Shown piece after piece: positions 24,500 through 37,745 of a stretch of DNA of 64,000 nt. The notes under the pieces are model-generated. The model was not told the DNA's origin. It made no database searches and saw nothing but the letters and a program-made list of their open reading frames with translations. The position numbers and the translations under genes are program-made. The DNA comes from Neodothiora populina (lineage: Eukaryota). The DNA lies in the NCBI RefSeq assembly GCF_041146345.1, contig NW_027191417.1, positions 930,001 to 994,000 on the forward strand, in the 5' to 3' direction. Every line of letters starts with the position of its first letter. The first letter of the stretch is position 1.

Positions 24500-27391
24500 T
24501 TAGGCACCCTCGGACCAGTCCACCTGTTCCGTTAATGGGGCGCGCCCTGATTTCGCGCAGCTCAACTTCAGCCGTAAACGTAGCTTTGCTGGAGGTGGCT
24601 GCACTCTGTCGTCAGCGATGCACAATCAAATGTTGTTGACTTCGAAGGTCATAAAGGAATTGGAGAACTCACCCCTTGCACCGATACCACGCGCATTTGC
24701 TGCGTTGCCTCTTGACCTCCCGCCAGCTCGCTGCTGCTGATACCTTGTAGCTGTAATTTCTGACTCTTCGGTACGGCCGCCTGGAGAGCTACGTCCGTAA
24801 AATGCTCGCCAACGCTTGTGTTCTTGAACCTTGCCATGACCTGCACCGCAGCCGCACTCCGATGGACTTGAAATGTAAGCAGGAAGTCGTTCTTGTTGTA
24901 TGCCGTATAGACCGGTGCTTGCGAAGCGGCTGGAGTCGGAGCGGGGGCAGCAGCAGTAACGGGCACGCTGGCCTGGTTTCCGCTCGTTGCTGACGGCGCG
25001 TCAAAGAGGTCAAAAATTGAGCCAATGTTGCCGCCTGCAGGAGGCGGAGAGGCTGCCTGCGGTGCTGGCGCAGACGCAGTAGACGGCCCACCTCCGAGGA
25101 TATCTGCAAGGAGATCGGCGTTGTGCTGGGAGCCATTGGCAGCACCACCAGCGCTCACGGTGGGCATAGGAGGATCTCCCATCAGATCCAACAGCATATC
25201 TTGTTCCGTCACCTGGCTTGGCTTCTTCTTGCTCGGCGTCTTTGACAGTCGCTTTGATTTGGTGGCTTCGCCTAGCACTCTCTGCTCCTCGCGGATCTCA
25301 GGCGGTGGCATGCGCTCTAAGACGCCTCGTCGAATATCATCGTAGGTGAACAGGCTTCCGTACTCGACCGCGCGCTGTTGAATTTCAATGTCCAGGTTGA
25401 TGTTGTTGCTCTCAAGCAAGCGACGCAACCGCTCAATCTGAGCCGGCTCTGTGAGGCGCGTGGTGAGCTTCATGGTGGCGGTGATGATGTATTCCTTGAC
25501 GCTCTGGCCTGCATAGCTGCTGTTGAGAATGGCGGTGAATAGGTCGACAATGTCGCTTTGCTTGACCTCCTGCACAAGCTCTTCCTCCTCGTATTGACCG
25601 CCTCGCAAGAGAGCATCACCGTATTCGCCAATGACCCAGGCACCTGCAAGGTTCAGTCCTTCCTGGGAGATATCGTCCTTCAAGCTGGCGTAAAGCTTTT
25701 GCACCGAATATGTTTGCAGGTCAGGTGTGGTAGCGATGAGACGGACAAAAGATGACAGGATCTGCTCCTTGACGTAGTTTCCTGCCTTGATACCTGTCAG
25801 AATGAAAGTCTGCTGGTAGTGCGAAGATCAAAGACTTACCAGCTTCAGCACACGCAGCATAGTATCAACGTGCCAGCGCTTATTGGGTGCAAATCTGTCT
25901 GCGGCAATACCGATCTGTGTCGTCATGACAGGCTTGAATTCGGCATCGGCAACCTCGAGGAAGGAGAGGAGCTCGCGAACCAGGACTCTGACATTGGACT
26001 CGTTGATCAGGGTGAATGCAAGATCGAGGGCTCTTCTTCGGATGCTGATATCAGGATCGCGTAGACAATCGAGGATGGTGTTGCGGTGTCGCTGGACAGC
26101 GTTTGGCTCGACAGCGACAACCTTGTTCAGGGTGTTCAGGGCAACGTATCTGATGTTGTTGTCCTTGTTGGTGAGGAATTTACCCAAGATGTTGACACCC
26201 AGAACTCTTAATCCAGAATCGGCCTCGATGTCGAGAATGGTGAGAACAGCTTCGTAAAGAATGGAGTTGCCCACGTTCTTGGACGAATCGGTGTTGGTAG
26301 CGACCTGTGGTGGAATTGGTCAGAGCAGCGAGTGGGAAGAGGTAGAAGTGCAAGATTGTGCAAGAAGTTCGCATATGTGGGGAGTGAGGAGATCCCAAAG
26401 AAGCAAGAAAATACACACCTGAGCCAGGATATCGTTGATTTGCTCGCTGGTGTGAGTGTCGCCGCGGCCCAGGACACGGAGTAGTCTGAGAAGCTTGACC
26501 TGCAAGAAGGGATCCGTGATGCCAGTAACATCATGTTCGGGGGCATAGCCAGAGCTGGACAGAGTCTTGAGGATCTTGACGAGCGCAGGCACAAGGGGTC
26601 TGAAGGTATCGACAATGCCCTCCTCGCCGCCTTCCTCCTCGTCAGCCTCGCATAAGCTGATGACCAGGGTCAGGCCGGTGAGCAGCACGGCATGGTTGCG
26701 GTCGGCCAGAAGCATCTTGGCCTTTTCGATGAAGTGCTCCTGGAGGTCGGGGACTTTGCGGCAGATTCGCATGGCGCAGAGAGCGGCTTTCCGGCGAATG
26801 TAGGGGTTGGAGCTCGACAGGATGGACTCAATGTCAGGGAACAGATCGCGAGACATTTCCACCGAGGCGATATTGCCGAGAGTGCAGAGAGCCAGACCGA
26901 CGACATATTGATTCGAGTGCTTCAGGTCGTTGGACAGAGAATTAGTGACGAGAGTAAGAACCTCTTGGTTCTCGTCGAGCAGGAGCATAGTGCCCAGATA
27001 ACCAAGTCGCTTGTCGGCGAAGCGAGGTGAAGCCAGGAGCTTTAGACATTCAATCTGGCCGAAATGCGTGCGCTCTCCCAGCGTGAAGAGGTAGAGTAGT
27101 TTGGCGACATTGTTTCTCCTGATCAGACACGTGTATGTGTGAGTGGCTGTGTGCTCTGCAGTCAATTGTACAGGGTTATTTACCGTATGTTGTGGTCGCC
27201 GCTCTCCTCTCGGAAACTGGCTCTTATAGCAGCGCTCTCTTTCTGCACAACAGCTCTCTCGTCGGCAATGGTTTTAGCCGCCCTGACATTTCGAATGAAT
27301 TGTTTGACTGTGATGCGGCATCAGTGTCAGTGTCAGAAGTGCCGCATTTGGGAGGAGTTGATTTTGTGTTATGTATCGTACGGGAGCTCAT
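24500..27391 (-). CDS. APL4: AP-1 adaptor complex gamma subunit
   Basis: [69 protein letters not shown] and an ear domain [12 protein letters not shown]...KLRLRLK. It has a 10-nt first exon and five introns. Confidence 0.96.
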
Positions 27392-28453
27392 TCTCACGGT
27401 CCTTGTGGACCCCAGGTGGGATCTGATTGATTATTTATGAGATGACAATCTGGAGCAGACCAAGCATATCTAGGTTGATAGAGAGGATTGCGCGCGGAGC
27501 TGTTGGATTGAGATTGTCGTGGTTGAATTGTGTTTGTAATGGGGAAGGGGGGGCCTTGGGGCTGTCCAGATATGGATTATTGCTTGTCACAGACAAGCTC
27601 TCCACATAAAGCACAGTAAGGTAGGGTAGGGTAATTACAGTACACAGTTGCAGTACAAGTATGATGGCCTGAGCTACGGTGCTGTAACTGTGCTACGGCT
27701 TGCACGTTTGCCTTAGCACAGCCTGACAATAGGGCTCAACTCACCAGGCACCCACATGGCTGCAGGGCAGGGCTGATCAGGCTGATAAGATTGATAGGGT
27801 ACTTCTCTCCCTTGCTTGATGCGCCTTACCTCATGCTCGGCAACAAATACTTCTCCCGAAACTGTAATTCGTCGTATGATGGCATTGTTGGAGAATCATG
27901 GTACTGCATGATGCAAGGTACCTTACATGAATACAGTGAGCTTGACATCACTGATACGAGAGACTCGAGATGAAAAGTACAAGGCTTCGGTCGGTGGTCA
28001 GAGCAGAAAGTCATGTCTCGCGCCCGTGTTTCGCATGCGCATGCGTGCTGTATATCTGCTGCACCCAATCCAACGTCTTTATCCGTGGTTTGTACTCTTT
28101 TGTCCAGTAGATAACATATAGTAGTACGGTCGCACTCTGCATCCGTGGCTTGCGGCATCATGTCCGTCATGACTCGTCCATCTGGATCCCATATCTCATC
28201 TCATCATACGCTACGTGCTCGTATATAAGGTAACAGATATTCCTCCCATCCGAGGTAAGGTATATAACAGAGTTCATGTACTTCCAATAGCCCACCACGC
28301 GACCATACGCTTGCTACGACGTCATCCCCGCCGATTCTGATTTTCAATCTCCTGAGCACTTTCTTGACGACCAGCTCCCTTGATTCCAGGTTGCTCATGT
28401 GTATTGAATCGTCTTTCTGGTCTACGTGTGTGTGTTCTGCAAAGTGATTTGAC

Positions 28454-30299
28454 ATGGCATCTGTCACTGGTTCAGAGGTTCCCAGGCAGGACTATGGCAA
28501 CCTTCACCAGCCTGTAGCGAGGCATCCCACAGCCGAGCGTCTCCTCCGCGCCTCGCAGGAAGACCTGGACAGCAGCGGCACGGCGTCTCCTCAATCCATC
28601 AGGTATGAAGCAGAACTCATCAGTATAGCATGACCGAATCCCGACCAGTCCTCATACCACAAACAGCTCCCCGGCCACTCCTGTTCCCGCCGATGCTCCT
28701 CCCTCCGTCAGAGCAACCTCGTTCGCCCGCCATCAAGTGCGCTCAGAGCGCAAGAAGAAGCCCTTTCCGCGCATTCAATACACCTCTCGTGTGTCCCACT
28801 TCGATCCAAACTCCACCTGGCATGACTTCCATGGCTTCTTCTCCCTCTTCTGGATCGGCTTGGCCGTCATGGTCATGACCACCATGTTGAGGAACATCAA
28901 GGACACGGGATACCCTCTGAGCTTGCGCCAGTGGCTTTTGTTCAGGGAAAACATCTACGAACTTGCCGTGAGCGATCTCGTCATGGTGTCAAGCACCGCT
29001 CTGTCCTTGCCGCTACATATGGTCTACAAAAACAGCAAGGGCTTCATGAGTTGGGAGAGAGGAGGCATGGTGGTACAAAGTGTGTTCCAGGCGTTCTGGC
29101 TCCTCTTCTGGGTCATTCTGCCTTTTGTAAGAGACTGGACGTGGACAGCCCAGGTCTTTTTCACCCTGCATCTCCTCTGCCTGTTCATGAAGATGCATTC
29201 CTATGCCTTTTACAACGGGCATCTGGCAACCACTCTGGCCCGCTTATCCGCGCTCGACAAGCCTCTGACTCCGTCCATCTCTAGAGCCGCTGTCGTCAAG
29301 TACCCGTCCTCGCGCGACACTGTAGAAGACATACAGGAAGAGCTCCTCGATCACGAAGGGCCAGCCAAGCAGAATTCGCTTCCTCAGTTGCGCGACGATC
29401 TCGCGCTGGAGCTGGTTTCTCCCCTGGGAAAGGTGATATATCCTCAGAACCTGACCGTGGCGAACTACGTTGACTATCTCCTGTGCCCCACGCTGTGCTA
29501 CGAGCTGGAGTACCCGCGCACCGAGACTCGCTCTTACATGGAGATATTCTGGAAGACCTTGGCTGTGTTCGGGTGTATATTCTTACTTATTGTCGTCACC
29601 GACGCCTTCATTCTACCTGTGCTGGATGAATCGGCAATCAGACTCGAGCAGCACCGAGGATGGCAAGACAGCGCTCTGATCTTCGCCGAGACGGTCAGCT
29701 GGCTGCTGTTTCCGTTCATGGTCACTTTCTTGCTGGTTTTCCTTGTGATTTTCGAGTACATTCTGGGCGCTTTCGCCGAGATTACACGTGAGTGTTTCTT
29801 GCCTTTGCGTGCTTGCCCCCTTTTTTCCTTTTTGTTCTAGTCACTGACCACAAAATTCTCGCCACAGGCTTCGCCGACCGTCAATTCTATTCGGATTGGT
29901 GGAACTCGTTGGACTGGCTCGAGTTCTCGAGAGAGTGGAACATCCCCGTGCACCACTTCTTCCGGCGCCACGTGTACAGCGCCTCGCTCAACACAATGTC
30001 TCGACCGGTCGCGACCATCATCACCTTCCTCATCTCCAGCATCGCGCACGAGCTGGTCATGGGTTGCATCACGCGCAAGTTTCGCGGGTATGGATTCGTG
30101 GCCATGATGCTGCAGATGCCGATTGTCATGGTGCAGCGGAGCAAGTGGATCCGGAAGAGGACGTTGTTGAATAATGTGCTGTTCTGGGTCAGTATGATAC
30201 TCGGATTGAGCATGGTGAGTCTTTTTGACTTTTCCCCTTCTCCAGATGATTTGCTGACGTTGAGATGCATAGATGTGCGCGCTGTATGTCCTCGTGTAG
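28454..30299 (+). CDS. ARE2: Sterol O-acyltransferase (MBOAT; ARE1/ARE2 family), 4 exons
   Basis: Motifs MKMHSYAFYNG, PTLCYELEYPR, FADRQFYSDWWNS, EWNIPVHHFF and the active His in SSIAHELV. It ends MCALYVLV*. The ARE1/ARE2 distinction is arbitrary here. Confidence 0.93.
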
Positions 30300-30466
30300 T
30301 AATGTAGACGGTAATAGGCGGCGCACAGCTCGGTGGGTGTCTGTCCAGGCATGACGGATGCTCCTCCACGGGCTCCTATATAGCCTCTTTCTATAGCGCC
30401 CACACAATGCCAGAGGAGAAAGACCGAGAAGCCCTCCTCTCTCTCTCTTTTATCCTCGTGAATCTC

Positions 30467-31156
30467 TTAATTCTGCCTAGGCTTGACAATGCCGTCGTGG
30501 ACAATATAGTAAACAACGGTACTATCATCATCAACAGTAGCGAGCAACACTCTTTTCGTAGTCCTCCACTCCGACTCTTTTCCCTCTTGTTCTTCCTCAT
30601 CCTCATCCTCATCAGGCGGCACAACGCCAATCCCATCAAAAACCTCTCCAAACCGCCTCAGACTCCATTTCTCACGCAACTGAGACGGACAAACCCACTC
30701 CCTCTCAGCCCGCACTTTATCTCCCCCCAAGGCTAGTCCCTGCTGTTGCTGTTTCTCGCCCTCGCCCCTGTCTTTCTGCGCCTGCAACAGCGCTATCTGC
30801 TCGTCCGGGTGGATATACAGTCTCTGCGGCGGCAGGCCAGACAGTAACGGGCGGGGCAGCAGGCGCGGCGCCGTATTCTTCCATGTCGGCGACGCGCCGC
30901 AGCTGTGCGTGTGGATCCGCAGCGAGGTCCACCTGTGCTGGTGCTGGAGGTTATGCAGGACTTGCAGCGCGAGGTCGTGCAGGTGGCGCGGGTGCGTGGG
31001 GGGTGCTGCGTCTTTCGGAGATGCGCCTGGGTCTGGGTCTGGGTCAGAGGCGTGGGATGCGTCGATGAGGGTCTGCAGCGCGGATAGTGCATGTTGCGGA
31101 CTTTGCGGCTGCGGCGCTTCTGCTGCTGAGGGGCGGGTCGGTGGCATTGCTTGTGA

Positions 31157-31199
<43 letters not shown>

Positions 31200-31216
31200 G
31201 CTGCTGCTGTTGCCAT
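30467..31216 (-). CDS. SEN15: tRNA-splicing endonuclease subunit Sen15
   Basis: Motifs HNLQHQHRW, LSGLPP.RLYIHPDEQ, EREWVCP..LREKWSL and KRVLLATVDDDSTVVYYIVHDGIVKPRQN. Confidence 0.9.
31158..31200. repeat. (GTT/AAC)~14 microsatellite encoding poly-Thr at the SEN15 N-terminus
   Basis: Direct reading; it translates as MATAAAT15SQAM. Confidence 0.95.
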
Positions 31217-31815
31217 TTTTGGGGTTCTTCGGGGTCTTGCGCTGCTTAACTCTCTTCGGCGGTCTAGGCTCGCTTCTCGAGTCTGATTCTGAGCGCTCGA
31301 GTCCGGAGGAGCAGATGTTGAGGATCGCGCAGGGTATTCTGCGCGTGGGTTTTGGTGTGTCTGGACGAGAAGGGATCCACTGAATGTGGAGATGGATAAA
31401 AGTTCTGGGATTCTTTCTTCCGCTGTATGGCGGGTGCTCTGATTTATTCAGTTTCCCCGCAATATGGTGGTTGATTTTCGTGAAACTACCTTACCTTGTT
31501 TACCTTTGTCTGTTTAAGCAAGCAAGCAAGTTAAAGTGCTCTCTGGCTTATACTGTACTTTTACGCTACAACTACAACTACCGTTTCGTCGTTGGTCAGA
31601 GCATTTGACATGGCCAAGCTGATTCAGCTTATACTAGTCCAAGACAATTTGATAGCAGAATAACCTTCACAGAGTGCAGGGGCAGTAGAGGGTACACAGC
31701 TTTCACAAGAGACATGGCTTGTCTTTGCAATTATGTGGATTCAAATCACAATATGTATACACACGGCGAGGTCAAGAACTGCTGAAGACACACCGCTGTT
31801 ACATCACAACAATCC

Positions 31816-34800
31816 TCATCCGCTCCATGATCCGAAACGTCTCCAGTCCTCGAACATGCCTCTGAGCACAGCCCTCTCGGCATTGTTCATCGCCGCACTC
31901 AATGCCTTGACGCCCTTACCGTCGTCAGCCTGGATCTCCATGACGTCCATCACGGCCCATAACCCAGGAGTGAGAGCATCCCTCATGCCTTCGCCCAGGC
32001 TTCCGTTCAAGATCAGCGTACACACGTAATGCAGCAGATACTGAACGTGCTGTCCAACCTGAATGCGTGCTTTGCGCGCTACGTCGACAAGTTCATGTGC
32101 GGCGTCGTTCCTCCCTCTGCTTCTCGACACATTTGAGTGTGGAGGGTTGCAGAGGTTTTCCAGTAGGCGTGAGACTCGTTGCGCATGCTTGATTGACAAT
32201 GGGTGCTGTTTGTTGTCGATCCAAGCAGGATGTTTGAAGCGATTGGTTGAGGCCGAAGCTCGGCTGGTCGGAGTGAAAAGGCATGAGACAAGTCGCTGAA
32301 GCAGCGGTACGATAACATGGTATCTACCACTGAGACTTGGTCGGTGGTGCTGCAGCAGACTACTCGTGATGTCAAGTATACCTTGGAAGACTGTGTGTCC
32401 TCTTCGGACATCGAGTAACGGTGCCGCCGGAGAGGAGAGGTGGATTGTGGTCGCAATGACGGCCTCTATGCCATGCTGGGAGACCATATTGGGCTGCAGA
32501 ATATTAGCTAAAGCTGCAGGGATGTATACTGACAATGCTTACCTTTTCTCTCAATATCGCCAGCAAGCAAGAGACAAGCTCGCAATGCGTTTCCAATACT
32601 GTGCGGTCTCCCAACAATTCCAAGAGTCGTGTCAGTATAGATACTGAGACCACTCCGTCCTTGCCTTCGCCATTAATCGACTTGATAAGACAACGAACAA
32701 GCGCAATCTTTTGTATTGAAATCTGTGAGATTCCTCCTGTTCCTTCCAGCAAATGACCGGCTAGAGACAACTTGTCCGCATCAGACATCGACGCAGCAGC
32801 CGTTGCTACAGCGGTCAGAATGACTTCGGTCTGTTTCGCGTCCAGTTCCTGAAACAGCAAGTGCCCAGCGGCATCACATACAGCGCCAGCATCCACCGCC
32901 ATCGACTCGGACGTCAACCGAACAAAACATTGAATCTGAACAGACAGCGACACAGCGACCAAGTCCGAGCCGGTAGACAAAGGGCTGATCAGTTTCAAGA
33001 TTCGCTTCGAGTATTTGCTCGCTGTCGAGCCGCCGCACGCTATGAATGAAGCGGGCAGATCGACATAGGCTTTCACACCCTCCGCAATGCCTTGTAACTT
33101 AAATTGATCAGTGTTGGCGTCAGATTCGAGATCCCTCGAAAGGGACTGGTAGAGATGCTTGACGATACCGTCTACGGTATCGGAGGATCTGTGAGGCAAG
33201 CCAGACAATACTGTGGTATCTAGACGAGCTTCGGTAATCTTCAGGAAGGCTGCGAGGAGCCGGTATCTACCGGCGCAAGCTTGTAGAGTCTTCTTGATGT
33301 CTGCAAGTTTCGAGACCGATTTGGAAATGTCGGCGAGGAAAGTGACACTTCGCTGCTGCTCCTTTGTGTCAATGATGTGACGGAACAACAAATTGCACAG
33401 CTCCTCGAAGACATCGATTGTGGCACTGTCCTGACGATCGGCAGTGATTGCGGATGCTAATTGCCATATCAGACGGGAATCAGTCGCTATCTTGGCAGTC
33501 GCATTCGGGACATGCATCAAAGTGACCAACAAGGCGAGACGCGACCGTGACTCGAGCGTATTAATATCGGATTCCAACAGTTCACCAACAGCATCGTCAA
33601 GGATTTTCTCCCTCTGGTGGCGAGCCAGACCGCGAGTTGTCCAGTGCAGCAGTAGCTTCCTTGATGCTTCTCGCTCGACTTGAGTCTCATACGGCTTGCT
33701 GATGGCAGCGAAAAGATCGTCCCTGATGGCATGATTTCCTACGCTGAGTGTAGCATCCATGAAAAGCTCGGCTACCACCTGCTTTCCAGGCTCTCCACGG
33801 GATGCAGTCGGCACAAGGTTTTGCAGCACTGCTTGTCTGTCAGTGGCAGAGAAAAACTCCAAGAGATGCGGGTACTGTGTCATTGCCATGTAGAACGACG
33901 CGGGTCGGGCACTGGCGAACCCACTGGCTCCGACTCGATCGCTTCCTTCTAGCAGAGACACTCGGCGCAACAATTTCTCGACAGCATCGTGCTGCAGACT
34001 GCGCCGGGATAGGTCGCAAACAACGGCAACAAAGGCAAATGCAGCATCTGATTCTGTGGTGTGCTGGTCCTCGACCGAAGGTGCCGCTTGCTGCAGAATG
34101 GACACAGACCTTCCAAGGGCGGGTGATGTGACTATCGTATCGAGCTGCGCGACAGTCTCCACTTGTGATTTCGAAGCCGACCATACGGGGAGCCAGACGA
34201 GATAAAGGCGGGAGAGAAAAGTCAGTAGAGACACGGTCGAGGAAGTCTGGCGAGTGACTAGCCGTCGAAAGATTGATTGTGCACTCTCGATGAGTGATTT
34301 GAGAGTGTCTTGCATGGCATCGATGGTGGAATCACTGTGGATAGCTCCAATCAGAGCGTTTAGAATAACTGCGCTCGCACGAAGTTTGGTCGATGAAGCC
34401 GCAGCTTCTCCGACTTCGAAGTCATCTAGTGGGCCGCGACAGTGCTTCACCAGGTCGACAATCTGAGAAGTGTTGAGCGAAGGTTCGAGCACGCTAAGCA
34501 AGGAAGATTGCAATGCAGGATCAGTCCAGATGTACCACTGAGACTCTCCCAAGGCAAACCCACTGTGGAGCTCCTCGAGCCATTGGAGAATGAAGAAGCT
34601 AAGATTCCTGATGCGGGCAAAGGCTTTCATAAGAGGTACTGCAATTGAACGACACATTAGGTCCCTTGTGTCGAAATCCTCTCCGGACGCATTTTCGGAG
34701 GTAGTTCTTCCATATTTCGTCAAGGCTGTGAACATCGTGCGGCATAAGACGGATTTGGTGTCGGTGAACAGAGCGGAATCCATGGCGATAATGGTGGCAA

Positions 34801-36290
34801 GGAGCTCGAAATTAGGCCGAGTTGAGCTTTCCAGTATGCTGTTTAGCCCGGACCGATCCTCGACGAGATTCACGAGCAGTTCCGAGGAGAGTGACAACTT
34901 TCGCTTGAGTAAAACCTTGAGCATCTCGACGAGCGCCTGGTCGTACACTCTGGACTCCTCTGGATTGCTGGTCCTTGGTGACGTAGGTAGGACGCTGTAC
35001 AGTGCGCCGAACAATGCGTTGATCCATGGACTCTCCGCTATCTTCTGCCGAGGGGTTGCTACCGGAGTACAGCGGAGAGCAGTGTCCAGAAGATCGGGTA
35101 TTGCTTGTGGACACGCAGCTAGAGAGATGTTCGTCTGAGAGGGGGCCGAACGTTGCAATAGACCAGTAATTTCACATCGAAGAGACTCCAATCTTGCGGG
35201 TAGACTTGCATGTGCATTGGTATGAGCGGCAGCCTGTTTAGTATGGGCGTTTGAACCTGCGTCGAAGTGGAATGCAGCACGTGCAGGGACGAAGAGATGC
35301 TGTGCCAGGAGTCGTTCCAGGACGTGAGAAGCCGAGGCTATGAGGGATGTCTGCTCGGGCGCGGATTGCGATGCTGCACGCAGACGTGTGAGAAGCAGAC
35401 TGGCTGGTAAAAGGCAGTTGTCCGCGAAGAGTGCGTCGAAAGGAGGTGCGGCATCTGAGTGGTTCGGAGTAGAGCGAGGGCGTGACTGGAGCAGAAGCAG
35501 CTCATTGATGGTCTGTAGCGAGTGGGAGAGCAATCTGGCGTCTAGGGTGGATATCTCTTGATCAGGGCGAGGTGCGAATTGCAGCAAGGCGGATAGCCAA
35601 TGATTCAGCAATTTGGCCGAAGTGGCGTTGTCGACTTTTAGTACGGATCGGATCTGGTTCTGGACTGAAAGATTCCCACTCTTGTGTTCTGCGCGGCTGA
35701 TGAGAAGGCGGAGCAAATCAGCTATGCTCAGGAATGTAGCATGCTTGTCTTGCTCGGATTGAAGTTGTGATGTCTGTCCTGCCAGAGGCTCTTGCTTGTC
35801 CGAAGCGTTTCTCTTCCTCTTGCCTTGCTTTCCGTTCGACGACTCTTCCCGCTTGGTGTTGGACGTGGGTGGTGGCACATTCGAGCCCGAGAGTTGAGGG
35901 AAAAGCTGGGCAAGCGACCGGGCGATGGTCGACAAGAGGGAGGAGGCCGAGAGGATCTTGGATGCAACAGGCAGAGGTAGAAGGCCACAGATGGTGTATA
36001 CGGTAGACCAGGCCTTTGCGTCCTGGCGAGCGCTGTGCTGTTTTGCCAGTTTGTCGAGCAGCCATCGCAGGACGAACTCATGACGGGCGGTATGGAGGGG
36101 CTTTCGGGTGTTCTGACCCAAGCCCAGTATGCGCGAGGCTTCGTCTATGCGTTGGTCTAATGTGTCGAAGGTCTTGTCCAGAGACAAGAGTCGTTGCAGC
36201 GATGGCGACGCAGAGTCGATCTAGAGGAATAAGAACAAAGCAGAGCTGTGTGATGTGTCGAGACTCTCGTACCTTTGCGTCGATAGCCAT
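31816..36290 (-). CDS. URB2: Nucleolar 27S pre-rRNA processing protein Urb2/Npa2, 3 exons
   Basis: Large helical-repeat protein with N-terminal EFVLRWLLDKL and a C-terminal Urb2-type domain (HHRPSLSGRYH, RLLENLCNP, MRDALTPGLWAVMD, FEDWRRFGSWSG). The first exon is MAIDAK|gtacga and the second intron lies at about 32542-32495. Confidence 0.85.
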
Positions 36291-36869
36291 GTTTGGAAAT
36301 CTGTCGTTGAGATGGATCCAAGTAAATCATGTAAAGATTGCTCCTTCCTTTTTCCACAATGGAACCAAAGACTATCAATAGATGGTGGAAGAAAAGTATT
36401 GCAGTGGAAAAGACGCAGAGCAAAGGATATTGAAATCACAGCATGGAAAAGACAGACATTAGAGACTCTGGGGAGTCTATACTGTCTACTCAGAGGCAGC
36501 CACTGTTTCTTCTACCACAAGCAGAAACAGATAGGATAGAATAGATGGGACGTATACAATAATGTCCATTGCAAGAAAGTCACAATTATTTCATTTCATG
36601 TGAAAGTTGCGATGACGAGGGTCCGAGCTCACTCCCGGCCGACTCGACTCGACTCTTGTCCCAAGCAGAGCAGCTGCTCTATCTTCTACCCACCTAGCTA
36701 TCTTCCATAACAACACCATTCCGTTGGCAAAGCAATCACTTGTTGGCCCAAGACAATCGCCCTCGAACACCATCTGCCCATCATCTGAACCCGAGACAAA
36801 TATCGAACATCGAACGTCCGCAAACAGCGCTGCAACACCAGATCCCACACCCCCAACCTCAATCCCACA

Positions 36870-37366
36870 ATGTCCGACTCTACCGCTCCCTCGACCAACT
36901 CGATCGTGCCCGCCGTGCGCCCCAACAGACCCATGAGCGAGGCTCTCCTCAACGAAAAGGCAAATCAACACCTCCCTTCTTCTCCCTTGAGGCACTATTC
37001 AGAAACATGAAGACCACAACCCTTTGCTGACTTTCCTTGGCGCGAGCAACTACAGTGGGACTCCTGCCTCAGCACTCTCCTCATCCGCTCCACCCTCGGC
37101 GCCTCGTTCGGTGTCATCTTCTCCGTTCTCCTCTTCAAGCGCAGAGCATGGCCCGCCTTTGTCGGCTTCGGATTCGGTGCCGGAAGAGCCTGGGAGGAAT
37201 GTGACAGCGTGCGTGCCTCTTTTCTTGTTCCATTTCTCCCGAACAGTACAGCGTTGCAACTACGCGTGTGGCACGTGTTTACGACAAGCTGACATATACA
37301 AATCTACAGAGCTTCAAGCGCGCCGCTGCTCCCTCCAAGGACGGTCTGAGGACCATGAGACCTTAG
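36870..37366 (+). CDS. MIC10: MICOS complex subunit Mic10, 3 exons
   Basis: Splices to MSDSTAPSTNSIVPAVRPNRPMSEALLNEK|WDSCLSTLLIRSTLGASFGVIFSVLLFKRRAWPAFVGFGFGAGRAWEECDS|SFKRAAAPSKDGLRTMRP*. It has two Gly-rich TMs flanking KRR. Confidence 0.93.
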
Positions 37367-37745
37367 GCGATGATCGGACGTTCGGATGTACACTCGCCTA
37401 TCCCATGTCTCTCCTGTCAATGACATCTCTATTACCTATATCTCGATGAAAAGCCGTGTGTCCCTCGACCCTCACGTATAAACAACTATATTCGTCTCCA
37501 CCTTCGTTTTCTTCTCTTTGCTTCTGTATGAATGTAATTTTCAATTTACTTGCGCAGGACTCCTGGGCCCATGGCCGGTCAATAGCGGTGCCGGTGTGCT
37601 TTTGTTCTTCTCGTCTCTTGGTAATCTTCTTATTCTGCTTGACTCGGCCCTCCAAAATCTTCCCTTTCTCCTCGTGTCGTCAGCACGTGTCCACCTGCTT
37701 GATCTATTCGAACCACTGATCCTCCATGAATTTCACTTTGCCCTC

